A stretch of DNA of 64,000 nt from the human T2T-CHM13v2.0 reference genome, Homo sapiens. Position 1 is the first letter of the stretch; each line of letters opens with the position of its first letter. The stretch lies in the NCBI RefSeq assembly GCF_009914755.1, contig NC_060947.1; one strand, given 5' to 3'. Shown here piece after piece: positions 14,886 to 30,288 of the stretch. The notes beneath the pieces are model-generated. The model did not search any database. It was not told where the DNA came from and saw only the letters and a list, made by a program, of their open reading frames with translations. The position numbers were made by a program, and so were the translations under genes.

Positions 14886-17080
14886 ATGTCAATAAATTTA
14901 AATTTGAAGTGAGATCTATTTACTCCCATGGAGAAAGACACACACTTAATTTCTAAATTTTTGGAGTAACAAAATCCTAAATTTATTTCAACCTGTATTG
15001 CTCTGTCTTTAGGTTGCATACCCTTTCTTTATTTAAGCTGTATATCTTCACAACCCTGAGTTGTTATTCTAGAAAAAGATAATGCATTTTCTTTCCAAAT
15101 ATTCCCTCAATGATCCTTTAATTGAATTATATTTTGAATTAAATAGCACCAGATTCTTCTTGTCTGTGTTTTATGGATAGTTTCTGTGCTTGCACTATCA
15201 TATTAAATGAATACTGGCATGAAATAGGTAGGATAAATAAGAGATTAATGCAAAAATTAAAACCTTGACCCATAATGATCAACAATAGAAATCACATCCT
15301 CTTAATGTCTCTCTCCCCTTCTTTTTCCTCAGCTCATAATTCTGCATGATTAAAATGTAGTATCAGAAGATAACAATATAAATTCAAATACTCAAGTAAA
15401 GTCCTACTACACATTATCTTTCTTATTTTCTCAAAAGAATGAACATCAAAAACAATAACATCAACAAGCCACAAACAATGGGTTAAAGGCAGTGCTGACA
15501 GTAATGAGAATAAAGAACACAATATTCAGGGAAATGTATTAATGACCTCAGGTATCTAAGAGTTTGGTAGTGAAGAAAAAGGATCAATGCAATATTTCTA
15601 GAGGTATAAGGGATCTAAGGACAAGGTTTTCCTGAGTCACTGTTCCCTTGTTTCACCTGTGCCATGAACTGAAGTCAATTATAAGTATAAAGCATAATGA
15701 AACATAGTTATCCCCTCGACTCTGAAAATAATCCATTTAGAAAATACACTGTAAAATATAAATGCCAAATTTTGAATACATACCACAGTCTCCGAAAGCC
15801 ATTAGTAAAAAAGATACTAAATATTTTATATACTTATCAGACATTGAATTTACATAAAACCAAAACAAATTATTCATAGAGATATTTAACAAAAAGGCAC
15901 TTTATTCACTTTGATTTTGCGCTCCCAAAATATGCTTCTCAGAGTTATTGCAAGGTCCATGCATCATAAGCTCATTTTCCCTTATAACTCTGTACAAAAC
16001 CCTCAAGCCAGAGAAATGCATAACAGTTCCAAAACTTCAAGATACCAAAACTAAAATAAAAAACAAACAATAATAACAACAACAAAAATCCTGTAAGATT
16101 CTATTGTGAAGAAAAAAGCATATCTCCCAAGATGACAAATATGTCCCAGTCAGTATACAAACACTGGTCCCAAAGCACCAAATGCTGAAATACTGGGGAG
16201 GAGGGCCAGGCAGCAAAATAAAATCTCTCATCTCCCTGTGGGTCACAGAACATAAATAACACTAACAGAGAGCTAATAAGTGGACTCATATTACCCTTTG
16301 CTGTGGCTTTCAGGAAACCTTTCATCAAATTTATTGCCAGAGTTGCTGCACATTATTGTGTCCTTTATTAGGCATTCTTCTCCCTGAAGATTAATTCAGG
16401 GCTTTATGAAGCTATGTGTTCCAGAGTAATAGATAATTGCAAGTATGTTAAGAGATGTCACATTCACATCACTATAGACACACCGAATTGTGGTCAAATA
16501 TCTGATGACATTCTTGTTACAGTATATTGACTCAGATTCCCCATGACAACTCTCCCTTTAGAGCACTGCTAAAATAGGAATCTTTAAGTGACATTCAGAT
16601 TTAAGGAAGACAGAAAATGCAGGGTAAGAACAGCTGTAGTATGTTTGATGAACTACATCTAAAATATTGCAATATAACGTTTCAGAAAGTGAAATATTCT
16701 GTCAAATCACAGTCTTGTTTCTTATCCCCTTGATGTCATCTGTGCCAAAAACCTGGATTGAACTCATAAAAATCTACCAGATGTTTTACATATTTGTCAT
16801 ATACCTAACTTTTAGGAGGATGAATTAGCACTGGTTTAATATGTACTTTAAAGACAATTTTAAATTTACAATAGCATGTTGACTTAAGTAAAATTTGAAT
16901 GTTTCTCCATGATTTCTAATCCTATTCATCTTTCCATCCATCTATTCAATAACTGTTGAGCGCATGCTATCTGTTAATAACTCCTCTAGGTACCAGGGTA
17001 ACAGCTTTTACAATTGGAAAAACAGCTAAGTTGATGTTTTAAGTTCTATGTAATGGATAAATGGACAAAACTGTGTCTAA

Positions 17081-17425
<345 letters not shown>

Positions 17426-17689
17426 AATATTTGGTAAATTTTAATTCATATATTCAACACAGAGAGCTCATCTGTGTTGCCTATGCCTTAAAGTAGACTT
17501 TTGATTATGTGGCTTGGTCAAATTTACTGAAAATCCAAATTGCCTGTTTAGTTTAAAAAATGCTTCCTATATCTGAGTTTAATGTCGACATAGTATTTAC
17601 ATATTTTAACTAAGAGTCATATTTGCAAAACATGCTTTCACCTCTAGTGCAAATAGCATCATATTGAAGGAACTGTTTGACAAAGACAA

Positions 17690-17880
17690 TGCATCCTATA
17701 GGCACTTAGCATGTGCCAGAAACTCTCTTAAGTGCATTACATATATTAGCAATGACTCTATCAGTTAGGTTCTATTATCCTCATTTTACAGATAAGAAAA
17801 ACTGAGACAGAAGTTCCCACAGCTGGTGAGAAGGAAAGTCGGGATTACAATGTAGGCAGTGGCTAAATTGTTAGTCCCTA
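17690..17880 (-). mobile_element. MIR SINE
   Basis: tattatcctcattttacagataagaaaactgagacaga core. Confidence 0.8.
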
Positions 17881-17891
17881 TGTTATCCTAC

Positions 17892-18003
17892 AGAGAGAGA
17901 GAGAGAGAGACAGAGAGATAAGCAAGAAGAAGAAGAAGGAGGAGGAGGAAGAGGAGGAGAAGGAAGAGGAGGGGGTAGGGGAAGGGGGAGGGGGAGGAGG
18001 AAA
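17892..18003 (+). repeat. (GA)n/(GAA)n/(GGA)n polypurine tract
   Basis: Seen directly. Confidence 0.9.
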
Positions 18004-19349
18004 ATTTCTATGTTCTAGCTTGATAATTTTGAATTATGAAGCTTATAAAGTGCCAGAAATATCTATAGTCATAATTGCCTGATATATTATTCAAGGTGCT
18101 ATATACGATTAAAAGGCAGTCACTTGGAATGAAAATAGAAATCTCATTTGTACCATTCTCCTAACAAAATATTATTTTACAATTATCAGTTGTGTAAGAC
18201 ATAAAGTTTTCCATATGGTAGCTTTCCTAACTAGATGGACAGAGGGGTTCCGCTGTAATTCTAAAGTTCAATGATTCATTTATTCACAATTAGAAAAGTA
18301 GCACCCACAAGTAAAAATTATAGTCACATTAATAATATGGAATATAAAAAGAACTAAGGGGCACAGAAATGGACTGCTATTAATTAGTCCAAATTAAAAT
18401 CCACATGATCTTTCTTGATTGGCTTCACCAGTTTTGTCAGGCAATACAAACTGAGGTTGACTGTGTTTTTCTTTTTACAACTATTATTTTAAAAATTATT
18501 TTCTGTGAGGCATTTTCCACTGCAAACAATATTTCAATAATTCTAGAGCAGTTCTTCACTGCACAACAGAAGTAATAAGTGTAGACTTTCAAGGTTAAAG
18601 AATCCAACTGTATATAACTAGGCTATTTCTATGTGGAAATAACCTGAAGCAGTATCTGAAGAGTTTAAATAATTCTAGTCTTTTAATCTTTGCTTCTAGC
18701 CATTACCATCTTTGTGTGGAAAGTTATCTACAATAAGACCTTGTAGTTCATGTTTAGCAAGTTAGAAAGTCTTAACTAACAGAAGTAACTTGTTAAGCTT
18801 TAAATACAGTAGGATCCTTTTTAGCTTTATATAAGTATTATTATTTAGTTGGCATTTTAAGTCATTTATAGATAAAAGTGGTAAAATTTAGCAAAACTTA
18901 AAAACCTTGCATTTTTTAGACCTGACTAAATATTTGTATATTCTTAGAACATCAGATATTTCCCCAAGCCTGCAGCAATACAGCAGAAATCAAAACAAAC
19001 AAACAAAATCTTAGAAATCCTGGGAAATGAGGCATACTTTTATAAAGTCCTAAATGTCATATTTGTTGAAAAAAAAATCTCCTTTGAATATAAGATATTA
19101 AGGGTCTAAAATGTGTGAAATGGTAAGATGATTTTAGAAATTCCTGTATAGAAATGGGGAATATAAAAATCAGTTGTTAAACTAACCCTTAATTCCTATG
19201 ACAAATGATTCCATTAAACTATGTCCACTCATTTGAAATATACATTTGATAATAACTCATCATTTTGTCCTTCAAAAGAGCAGGAGGACATGATGCTACT
19301 TAACTTTTGGAATGGCAAAGTAAGGAACTCAGCAAAAAGAAATGATACG

Positions 19350-19615
19350 GGCCGGGCACGGTGGCTCACGCCTGTAATCCCAGCACTTTGGCAGGCCGAG
19401 GAGGGCGAATCACGAGGTCTGGAGATTGAGACGATCCTGGCTAAGGCGGTGAAACCCCGTCTCTACTAAAAATACAAAAAATTAGCTTGGCGTGGTGGAG
19501 GGCGCCTGTAGTCCCAGGAGGCGGAGCTTGCAGTGAGCCGAGATCACGACACTGCACTCCAGCCTGGGTGACAGAGCGAGACTCCGTCTCAAAAAAAAAA
19601 AAAAAAAAAAAAAAA
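19350..19615 (+). mobile_element. AluY with an internal deletion of about 40 bp in the right arm
   Basis: ggccgggcacggtggctc start. gtagtcccag is joined directly to gaggcggagcttgcagtgag. Long A tail. Confidence 0.93.
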
Positions 19616-19823
19616 AGATACAACTGGTTCAATTTATCAAAAAGAAATATTTCAAGATTGGAAATCAGCCAAAGGCCTACAACAAATTGACAAAAAGTAT
19701 TCAAGAAAAAAACCTTAGCAAGGACAATGGGAATGTGTGGCAGTTTAACATGAGGTAACTCTCATTCTCAAGTCCAACCTCCATGTTGTGGTAGCTCTAC
19801 CAGTATAAGGCAGAGTGAACTAA

Positions 19824-20244
<421 letters not shown>

Positions 20245-23200
20245 CGAGTAGTCTTGCTGACAAACATTCAGGAAAGGCCTCTCATCTTTTGCTGAATATG
20301 AGGACTTTGTGCATCCAGAAAGAAATATCCATGAAAAACTTCCACTGAGTGATTTGAATATGTACCCCAATCCACACACAGATCCATTAACAAAGAGTGG
20401 AAACCTTATTCACTTTAAGAGTTTATGTGCAAACTTTGATCAATGACTGGTTTACTACTAAGTTATACTGACCCTGAAGTAAACCCTATGAAGCCAGTCT
20501 TAACAATATAAACAATAAAATTATCTTTTAAAAAAGATAAAAATGCAGAGACATCAATGGCCATACACTGCATGGGAGACAGACTCTACAGAATTAGTAT
20601 AGGTAAGACCAAACAAATAAGCCAAACAAAAACACAATAGTAACGAAACAATCCATAGAAGGAAATCCAGATCCATAGACACTAAACTAAATTATTTAAG
20701 ATGATCATTAAAAAAATGATATTCAAGAAACAGGAATATGTGACCCATACATAAGTAAAAGAAAAAGGAAGTCAAGAGGAACTGTCTCTAATGGTGTCCA
20801 GGTGTTGGACTTAGTAGAAAAAGACTTCAAAGTATTCATTTTAAATGTGCTCAAAGAAATAATGAAAACAGTGCATAAAGAATTAAAGGTGAATGTGTTG
20901 AAAATGACTCACTTAATAGAGAGTATCAATATAGAGACTTAATTTATTTAATAAACAACACTAAATAGGAATTTTGTAGTTGAAAGAAACAATAAATGAA
21001 ATAAGAGATTCACTAGACTCATGCAGATTTTATCTGACAGAGGAAAACATCAATGAAGTTGAAGATAAAACAATAAAGATTACAAAATCAGAAGAATAAG
21101 TAAAACAAAAGAGAAATAAACAGAGTTTCAGTGACCTGGGGACAACATGAACCACAGCATCAGTATCATGCATTTTGGAATTCCTAAAATGTGAACAGTG
21201 ACAGAGAGGGGCAGAAAGAATATTCGAAGAAATCATGGCCGAAGAAAGCATTACCAAACTTGAAGAAAAATGTTAATCTGAATATCTGAGAAGCTCAATG
21301 AAATCAAAGTAGGATAAACATAAAAAGACCCATGTCGAGACACATCATAAACAAGTAGTTGAAAGACAAAGACACAGAGAAAATCTTAAGGCACCAAGAG
21401 AAAAACAACTCATTACATAAAATGGAAATAAAGGAGGATTACAGTTGACTTCTAATCAGGAACAACAGACACCAGAGGGCCTATTATTATTCTACAATGT
21501 CATATTCAACGTGTAAGAGAAAATAAAAGTCTATCTTCATATAGAAAAGCAACATTACAAGAACCAAAAATCAGGTGAGTGATTATAGTACTTGATTTTA
21601 ACTTTATATCATGAAAAGACGCATTGAGGAAAGTAGGAGAGAAGGTTTTGAATCAGCAACAGCAATCCTTTTCCATCCCCTGGCAGTGGCCATGAGGTCC
21701 CGAGAGAGAATCTCTGCACTTTGGGAAGGGAGAGCACAGTGACTGGGGGACTTTACATTGAATTCAGTGTTGCCCTGTCACAACTGAGAATAAAGACATT
21801 CTGGGATCACAAAGGGAATAATTGGACCAGCCCTAGCCATAGGGAAGTCATCCATCCCAGCAGTCAGAACATGAGTTTCAGCCACTGCAGACTGAAGTGA
21901 TCTGAGGTCCTAGGTAAATTTGAAAAGCAGTCTAGGTACAAGGACTATGATTTCTAGGAAACTCTTACTGCTAGTCTGGGCTTAGAGCCAGTGAACTAAG
22001 GTGGCATGTGACCTATGGAAACAACAGCTGGTGTGGCTAAAGGAGTGCTAGATTGATACCTGCCTCCAACCTCAAACAGTGCAGCTCATAGCAACAAAAG
22101 TGACTCTTTCCTTCTACTTAATCAGAGGAGAGCAAAGACTAAAATGACCTTGTCTTGAATCATGGATAACAACTCAGCCACAGTATGACAAGGCACTGGG
22201 CAGAGTTGTGAGGCCCTACCTTCCAGACAACATTTATAGACGCACTTGGTCCAAAAGGGACACCAGTACTTTGAAAGGAAGGAACTAGTCCTGGCAGGAT
22301 TAATCACCTGCTGACTAAAGAACCTTTGAGCCTTGAATAACCACCAGCAGTATCCAGGATGTATGCCATGGTCCTTTGGCTCTGAGATGTGCTGCCTTCA
22401 GGGGTGACTCAGCATATTCCCAGCTGTGGTGGCTACGGTCAAAGACTCCTTCTGTTTGAGAAAAGGAGAGGGAAAAGTAAAGGGGAGTTTATCTTGAACT
22501 CTAAGTACCAGCTTAGCCACAGGGGGGTAGAGACACAAACAGACTCTTGGGGTCCTTGAATATAGGGATAGGCTCTTGGATTATATTTTTGGGCCTGGCC
22601 TGGGACAGACAGAAGCCTACTGTCCTAAAGGGTGAGTTTCAGGCCTGGCATTATTCACTACAAGCTGAATGAAGAGCCCTTGGGCTTTAAGTGAACATTG
22701 GTGGTGGTCTGGTAGAACTCCCCATGAACCAGTGGTGATGGTAGCCACAGCAAGAGGCTCCTCAGCCTGTTGAAAGGGGAGGAAAGAGTGAGAAGAACTT
22801 TGTATTATGATTTGAGTGCAACCACAGCCACAGTAGAATAGCACATTAGGTAAATTGAGCACATTAGGTAAATTGTTACTCCAATCCGTGGCTCCCAGAG
22901 AGCATCTCGAGACCCACCTGGGGCCTAGGGAACCTCAACATACTGAACGGGAGGGCCTTGAACAAGGCCCAGTGCTGTGCTTGCTTGAGGTCTGACCCAG
23001 CAGAGTCCCACTGGTGGTGGTCACAGGCGTGCTTGCATTACCACACCCCCAGTTCCAGGTAGCTCAGCACAGAGACAGAGACTCCATTTGATTGGGAGAA
23101 TGCAAGGGAAAAGAACAAGATTCTCTTCCTGCTAATTCAAATATTTCTTCTGGATCTTATCCAAGACCACCAAGGTGGAACCACTATGAGGCTGCAAAAA

Positions 23201-24610
23201 CCACAGTGCTTTTGGGCTTAGGGCCCAAGTCCCTTTTAATACCTGGAAAGTCTTCCTAAGAAGTATAGGCACAAACAAGCCCAGACTATGAAAACTACAG
23301 TGAATACCAAACTCTTCAATGCCCAGATACTAATGGACATCTGCAAGCATCAACCCCATCCAGGAAAATATGATCTCATCAAATGAACTAAATAAGGCAC
23401 CATTGACAAATACTGGAAAACAGAGATATATGAATATTCAGACAGATAATTCAAAATAGCTGTTATGAGGAAACTCAAAGAAATTTAAGACAACACAGAG
23501 AAGGAATTCAGAATTCTATCAGTAAATTTAATAAAGAGATTGAAATAGTTTTTAAAAAGCTGAAATTCTAGAGTCGAAAAGTGTAACTGACATGCTGAAG
23601 AATGCATCAGAGTTGCTCAACAGCAAAACTGATGAATCAGAAGAAAAAATTAGTGACCTTGAAGACGGGCTATTTGAAAATACACAGTTACAGGAGATGA
23701 AAGAAAAAAATAATAAAAAACAATGAAGTATGCCTATAAGACCTAGAAAATACCCTCAAAGAGCAAATCTAAGAGTTATTATCCTTAAAGAGGAGTTAGA
23801 GAAAGAGATAGGAGTAGAAAGGTTATTCAAATGGATAACAGGGAACTTCCCAAACATAGCGAAAGATAACATCATTCAAGTTCAAGAAGTTGTAGAACAC
23901 CAAGCGGATTTAACCCAAAGCAGACTACCTGAAGACATTTAATAATCAAACTCCCAAAGATCAAGGTTATAAAGAGAATCATAAAAATGGCGAGAGATAA
24001 GAAATGAATGACATTATGTAATGGAGCTCCAATATGTCTGGCAGCAGACTTTTCAGTGGAAACCTTATAGCCAGGAGAGAGTGGCATGACATATTAAAGT
24101 GCTGAAGGAAAAAAACTTTTGCCCTTGAATAGTGTATCTTGTGAAAATATTGTTCAAGCATGAAGGAACAATAAGGACCCTCCCAGACAAATCAAATCTG
24201 AGGAAATTCACCAACAGCAGCCCTGTCCTGTAAGAAACGTTAAAGGGAGCTCTTCAATCTAAAAGAAAAGGATGTTATGAGCAAGAAGAAATCATATGAA
24301 TGTACAAAACTCAATGGTTATAGCAAGCACACAGAAAAGCACAGGGTATTATTACACTGTAACTGTGGCGTGTAAGCTTCAATTCAAAGCTTAAGTAGAA
24401 AGAATGAGGAAGGAATAAAAAAAATGACAACATTTTAAAACAGGTGGTACAATAAGACAGAAAGAGAAACAACAAAAAGTTAAAAGGTGGGAAGATGAAG
24501 TTAAAGTATAGAGTTTTTATAAGCTTTCTTTACATGTGTTTGTTAGTTTTTTATGCAAACAGTGTTAAATTATCATTAGTTCAATACAACGGTTTATAAG
24601 ATAGTATCTG

Positions 24611-24723
24611 CCATGTTGGTGTGCTGCAACAAACCTGCATGTTGTGCATATGTATCCTAGAACTTAAAGTATAATAAAAAATATATATACAAATAAAATA
24701 AATAAATACACATACAATAAAAA
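24611..24723 (+). mobile_element. Tiny L1PA (PA4/5-like) 3' tail with an 18 bp inverted 5' piece
   Basis: acaaacctgcatgttgtgcatatgtatcctagaacttaaagtataat plus A tail. TSD ataagatagtatctg (24596-24610) / ataagataatatctg (24724-24738). Confidence 0.9.
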
Positions 24724-25224
24724 ATAAGATAATATCTGTAAGCCTTGTGGTAATCTTAAATAGAAAAACTTAGAATGGATACACAAAAAAATGAAAAGCA
24801 AGAAATTAAAGCAAACCACCAGAGAAACTCACCTTTACTAAAATAAGACAGATAGGAAAGAAAGAAAGAAGACTGAAAAACAACCAGAAGATAAGTTTTC
24901 TTGATAAGTAAGTCCTTACTAATCAGTAATAACATTGAATGTAAATGGACTAAACTCTCCAAGAAACATAGAGTGGATGAATGTATGAAAAACAAGACTC
25001 AAAGATCTGATGCCTACAAGAAACATGCTTCACCTATAAAGATACATATATACTGAAAATCAATATACAGAAAAAGATATTAGATACCAAAGGAAATCAA
25101 AATAGAGCAGGAGAATCTTTACTTATGTTAGACAAAATAGATTTAAAGACAAAAACTATAAGAGACTAAGAAGGTTACCATATAAAAATGAAGGAGTCAA
25201 TTCAGCAAGAGGATATAATGATTT

Positions 25225-25260
<36 letters not shown>

Positions 25261-25283
25261 TACATACATACACACATATATAT
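25225..25283. repeat. (TA)n(CA)n microsatellite
   Basis: Seen directly. Confidence 0.9.
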
Positions 25284-27021
25284 GCACCAAACATTGAAAC
25301 ACCCAGATAAATAAAACAAATATTATTAGAGCTAAAGAGAGAGATATGACCCAATACAACAGTAGCTGGAGACTTCAACACTCAATTTTCAGCATTGGAC
25401 AGATCTCACAGACGGATAATCAGCAGAGAAAAATCAGACATAATCTGCACTATATAACAATTGGACCTAATAGATATTTACAGAACATTTCATCTAATGG
25501 TGGCAGAATACACATTCTTCTCACCAGCACATGGATCGTACTCAAGGATAGACCATAGATTAGGTAACAAAACAAGTCTTAAACATTAAAAACAATTAAA
25601 ATAATATCAAGCACTATCTCTGACTAAAATGGAAGAAAATTACAAATTAATAACAAGAGAAGTTTTGGAAACTAAACAAACATATAGGAATTAAAATGCT
25701 CCTAAAAGACCAGTGGGTCAATAAACAAATTAAAAATATAATTGAAAAAATTACTGAAACAAATGACAATAGAAACACAACTTACTAAAGCCTGTGGAAT
25801 AGAGGGAAAGCAGTTCAAAGAGAGAAATTTATCGCTATTAGTACCTACATCAAAAAAGAAAAAATCTAAATAAATAATATAATAATGTATCTTAAAGGAC
25901 TAGAAAGAAAGAGTAAATTGAACCAAAAATTAGTAGAAGAAATAATAAAGATCACAGTACAAATAAATGAATTTGAAATTAAGAAAACAATACAAAAGAT
26001 GAATGAAAAAAATTCTTTCTTGAAACGATAAAGAAAATCGACAGACTTTTAACCAGACTAGTTCAGGGAAAAAAAGAAAAAAAAAAGAGAAGACCCAAAT
26101 AAATAAAATCAGAAGTCAAAAGATACATTATAACTGATGTCACAGAGATTCAATGTATCATTACTGGCTAGTATGAGCAACTATATGCCCATTATTAGGA
26201 AAAGCAAAAATAAATATATAAATTCCTAGACATATACAACCTACCAAGACTGAACCATGAAGAAATCTAAAACCTAAATAGACCAATAACAAATAATGAA
26301 ATAGAATATGTCATAAAAAGTCTCCCTGTAAAGAAAAGCCCAGATTGTGCTGGCTTCACTGCTGAGTTCCACCAAAATTTAAAGAACATATACTAATTCT
26401 ACTCAAACTGTTTTGAAAAATAGAGGAAGAGGTAGTACTTCCAAACTAACTATATGAAGTCAGTATTACACTGACACCAAAACCAGACAAAGAAACATAA
26501 AAAAAAAAATGGAAGAAAGCTACAGGCCAATACCTCTGATGGATACTGATGGAAAATTTTCAATAAAATACTGTTGATAGCAAACAGAAATCAATAATAC
26601 ATTTAAAAGATTATTCATCATTACCAAGTAGGATTTATCCAAGGGATGCAAGGATGGTTCAACATATGCAAATCAATCAATGTGACACATCGTATCAACA
26701 GAATGAAGAAGAGAAACCATATGATCATCTCAATTGATGCTGAAACAGCATTTGATAAAGTTCAATATTGCTTCACGATAAAAAACCCTCACAAAATTGG
26801 GTATAGAAGGAACATACCATAGCATAGTAAAAGACATATATGCCAGACTCACAGCTAGTATCATACTGAAGGAGAAAAAACAGAAATCCCTCCCCTTTAG
26901 ATCTGGAACACAACAAGGGTGCCCTCTTACACAACTGTTATTCAACATAATACTGTAAGTTTTACCTAGAGAAATCAGAAAATAGAAAGAAATAATGGGC
27001 CTTCAAATTAAAAAGGAATAA

Positions 27022-27324
<303 letters not shown>

Positions 27325-27748
27325 ATTAAAATATTCTTGTTTGTAGATGATATGATCTTATATTTGGGAAAACCTATAGACTCCACCAAAAAACTATTAG
27401 AACCGATAAATTCAGTAAAGCTTCAGGATACAAAATCAACATTTGAAAATCAGCAACATTTCTATATGCCAACTGTGAACAATCTGAAATACAAATCAAA
27501 CAATTAATTCCTTTTATAATAGCTGTAAATAAAATTAAATTAAATACCAAGGAATTAACCAAATAAGTAAAAGATCTCTAAAATAAAATCTATAAAACAC
27601 TGATGAAAGAAATTGAGGAGGCCATCAAAAACATGGAGTATGTACTCCATGTTCATGTATTGGAAGTATCAATATTGTTAAAATGTCCATATTACCAAAA
27701 GCAATCTACATATTTAATCCCTATCAAAATACTAATGACATTTTTCAC

Positions 27749-28837
27749 TTGTCATGGCCAGAGGTCATGGTGGCCATGAGGTGAGGCTTCTCTGCCTTTG
27801 GAAAAGGGAGGGAAGAGTAGGAAAAGCTGCATCTTGTGATTTGTGCCAGGTGAGTGGCAATGCAGTAGAATACCAGGTAGACTTCTAAGGATTTTGACTC
27901 TAGTCCCTGACTCCTGAATGGCACTTCTGGACCCACACGAGATATAGGGAGCCTTGCTGACCTGAAGGGATGGACACATGTCTGGCTGGCTTTGCCACCT
28001 GCTGATTGTAGAACCCCAAGGCCTTGAGTAAACATAGGCAGTAGTCAGGGAATAGTTACAGCAGGCCTTGGGCAAGACCCAGTGCAGTGCTGGCTTCAAG
28101 TCTGACTCAGCACAGTCATAGTGGTGGTGGTTACAGGGGTGCTTTTGTCACTCCATCTCTAGCTTTAGGCAGCTAAGAACACAGAGAGATACTCTGTATG
28201 TTTAGGAGAAAGTAAGGGAAGAGAACAAGAGTCTCTGCCTGGTAATCCAGAGAATTCTCCCTGATCTTGTCCAAAATAATCAAGATGTTCCCTCTACAAG
28301 TCTACATAAATCACAGCATTACTAGGCTTGTGGGTGGGGGTGGAGAGGAGTTGAAAGCAGAACTAGCTTAAATCACAACATCTAAGTCTTTTCAAATGTC
28401 TGGAAACCCTTACCCAAAAAAAGACGGCTATAAATGTCTATAAAGACAGCAAAGACTATATTAAACACCTAATTCTTCAATGCTCAGACATTGGAGAACA
28501 TCTATGAGCATCAACACCATCCAGCAAAAAAGACCCTCATCAAATGAACTAAATAAGGCATCAGGGACTGATCCTGGAGAAACAGAGATATGTGATCTTT
28601 CAGATAGAAAACTCAAAATAGCTGTGTTGAGGAAACTCAAAGAAATTCAAGGTAACACAAAGAAATAATTCAGAATTCTATCAAATAAATCTAAAACATT
28701 GAAATAATTAAGAATAAAGCAGAAATTCTAAAATGAAATTGGCATACTGAAGAATGCATCAGAGTTCTTTAATAGCAGCATTGAACAAGCAGAAGAAAGA
28801 ATTAGTGAGCTTGAAGACAGGCTATTTGACAATACAG
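27749..28837 (+). mobile_element. Second L1M1/L1M2 5'UTR and ORF1-start fragment
   Basis: Homologous to about 22725-23685. ORF 28480-28668 (EICDLSDRKLKIAVLRKLKEIQ) is the L1 ORF1 N-terminus. Confidence 0.85.
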
Positions 28838-29002
28838 GAAACAATGAAGGTTTCTTCTCTGGAAACTTTAGATGGAGCATGGCTTTACTGTCACCTTAAT
28901 TTTGAACTTCTAGCCTCCAGAATGTAAGAGAACACATTTCTGTTGTTTTAAGACACCACGTATATGGTAATTTTTTTACTGCCTTTCTGAGCAACTAATT
29001 CA
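28838..29002 (+). mobile_element. MLT1C/D LTR 3' part
   Basis: caccttaattttgaacttctagcctccagaatgtaagagaacacatttctgttgttttaag. Confidence 0.75.
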
Positions 29003-29039
29003 GTTATATATCCATATAATTATTATACCTTTTTCAGAA

Positions 29040-29385
29040 ATAAAGAGGAATAAAATATTGATACATGCTACAACATGGGAGAGCCTCATAAAGAGTATGC
29101 TAAGTTTTAAAAGTTGTATCTAAGACTACATATTTTAGAATCTACTTATATGAAATATCCAGAAACAGAAAATCTATGGAGACGGGAAGCATATCAGTGG
29201 TTACCTAGAAGTGAGCACAGGAATTGACTGCAACAGGTATGACTGATTTTTATTGTGGTGAAAGATGTATTTTAAAAACTGAATTGTTTTCATATGTTTG
29301 TAAAGTTGCTATACCTTATTGAATTGTACACTTAAAAGGTGAATTTTTGGCATATAATTATTCCTAAATAATGATGTTTCAGATA
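29040..29385 (+). mobile_element. L1ME/MC 3' fragment
   Basis: tgatacatgctacaacatgg, atatcagtggttacctag, gaattgtacacttaaaa. Confidence 0.7.
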
Positions 29386-29784
29386 AAAAGAAATAACAAG
29401 ACTCATGTATTCCATTTTCTAGCCACTATCACTTTGTAGGTATTCCCCTAATGAACCTTTCCAATCAATCTAAGAGGCATAATTTTAACTATCTCCTGCA
29501 GTCACATATTTTTTAGAAAGACATACATAAACATATGCCAATCCTGTAACAGCATCAAATGTTATTCATCAATATTAGTCCTAGAGATTTTTTTAATTCA
29601 TATTAAAAGCTTGAAACACCTTAATGTAATCTCAAAATAGCTACTAATACTGGAAATAATTTATGAAAGAAGATGCAAGTAGGGAAATAAAATCAAGCAT
29701 ATACAACAAACATTTTACTATTTGTTAACTTGTGAAAATAAATGCTGTGCTATTGATTCGGGAAATTCAGTATATGATCACAAT

Positions 29785-30288
29785 CAGCAATCCCCAGTCT
29801 TTTTGACACCAGGGACTGGTTTAATGCAAGACAAACTGTGGCATGGGGGTGAATAGTTTTGGGATGATTCAAGCATATTACATTTACGGTGCACTTCATT
29901 TCTATTATTATTACATTGCAATATATGTTGAAATAATTATATAACTCACCATAATGTAGAATCAAGTGGGAGCCCTGAGGTTGTTTTCCTGAACCTAGAT
30001 GGTCCCATCTGGGGGTGATGGGAGGCAGTGACAGATCATCAGGCATTAGATTTTCATAAGGAGTGCACAACCTAGATCCCTCCCATGCTCAGTTCACAAT
30101 AGAGTTTGCATTCCTTTGAGAACCTAATGCCCCTGCTGATCTAACAGGAGGCGGAGCTCAGGTGGTAATGTGAGTGATGGGGAGTGGCTGTAAACATAGA
30201 TGAAGCTTCCATTGCTTACTGACTGCTCACATCCTGTTGTACAGCTGGATTCCTAAGCTGTCCCTGGCCCAGGAGTTTGGAACCCCTG
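29785..30288 (+). mobile_element. MER1A (hAT-Charlie MITE)
   Basis: cagcaatcccc...ggaacccctg termini with a MER1 internal sequence. 8 bp TSD atcacaat / atcatagt. Confidence 0.9.

Noticed and set aside
16288-16395. Short open minus-strand exon candidate (GEECLIKDT...ESHSKG)
   Set aside because: The acceptor is weak, the peptide is unrecognised and there are no partner exons, so it is compatible with chance.
22080-23050. Internal repeats of about 300 bp and a short tandem duplication near 22840-22875
   Set aside because: The long units are part of the L1M1/M2 5'UTR architecture, and the short one is ordinary slippage.
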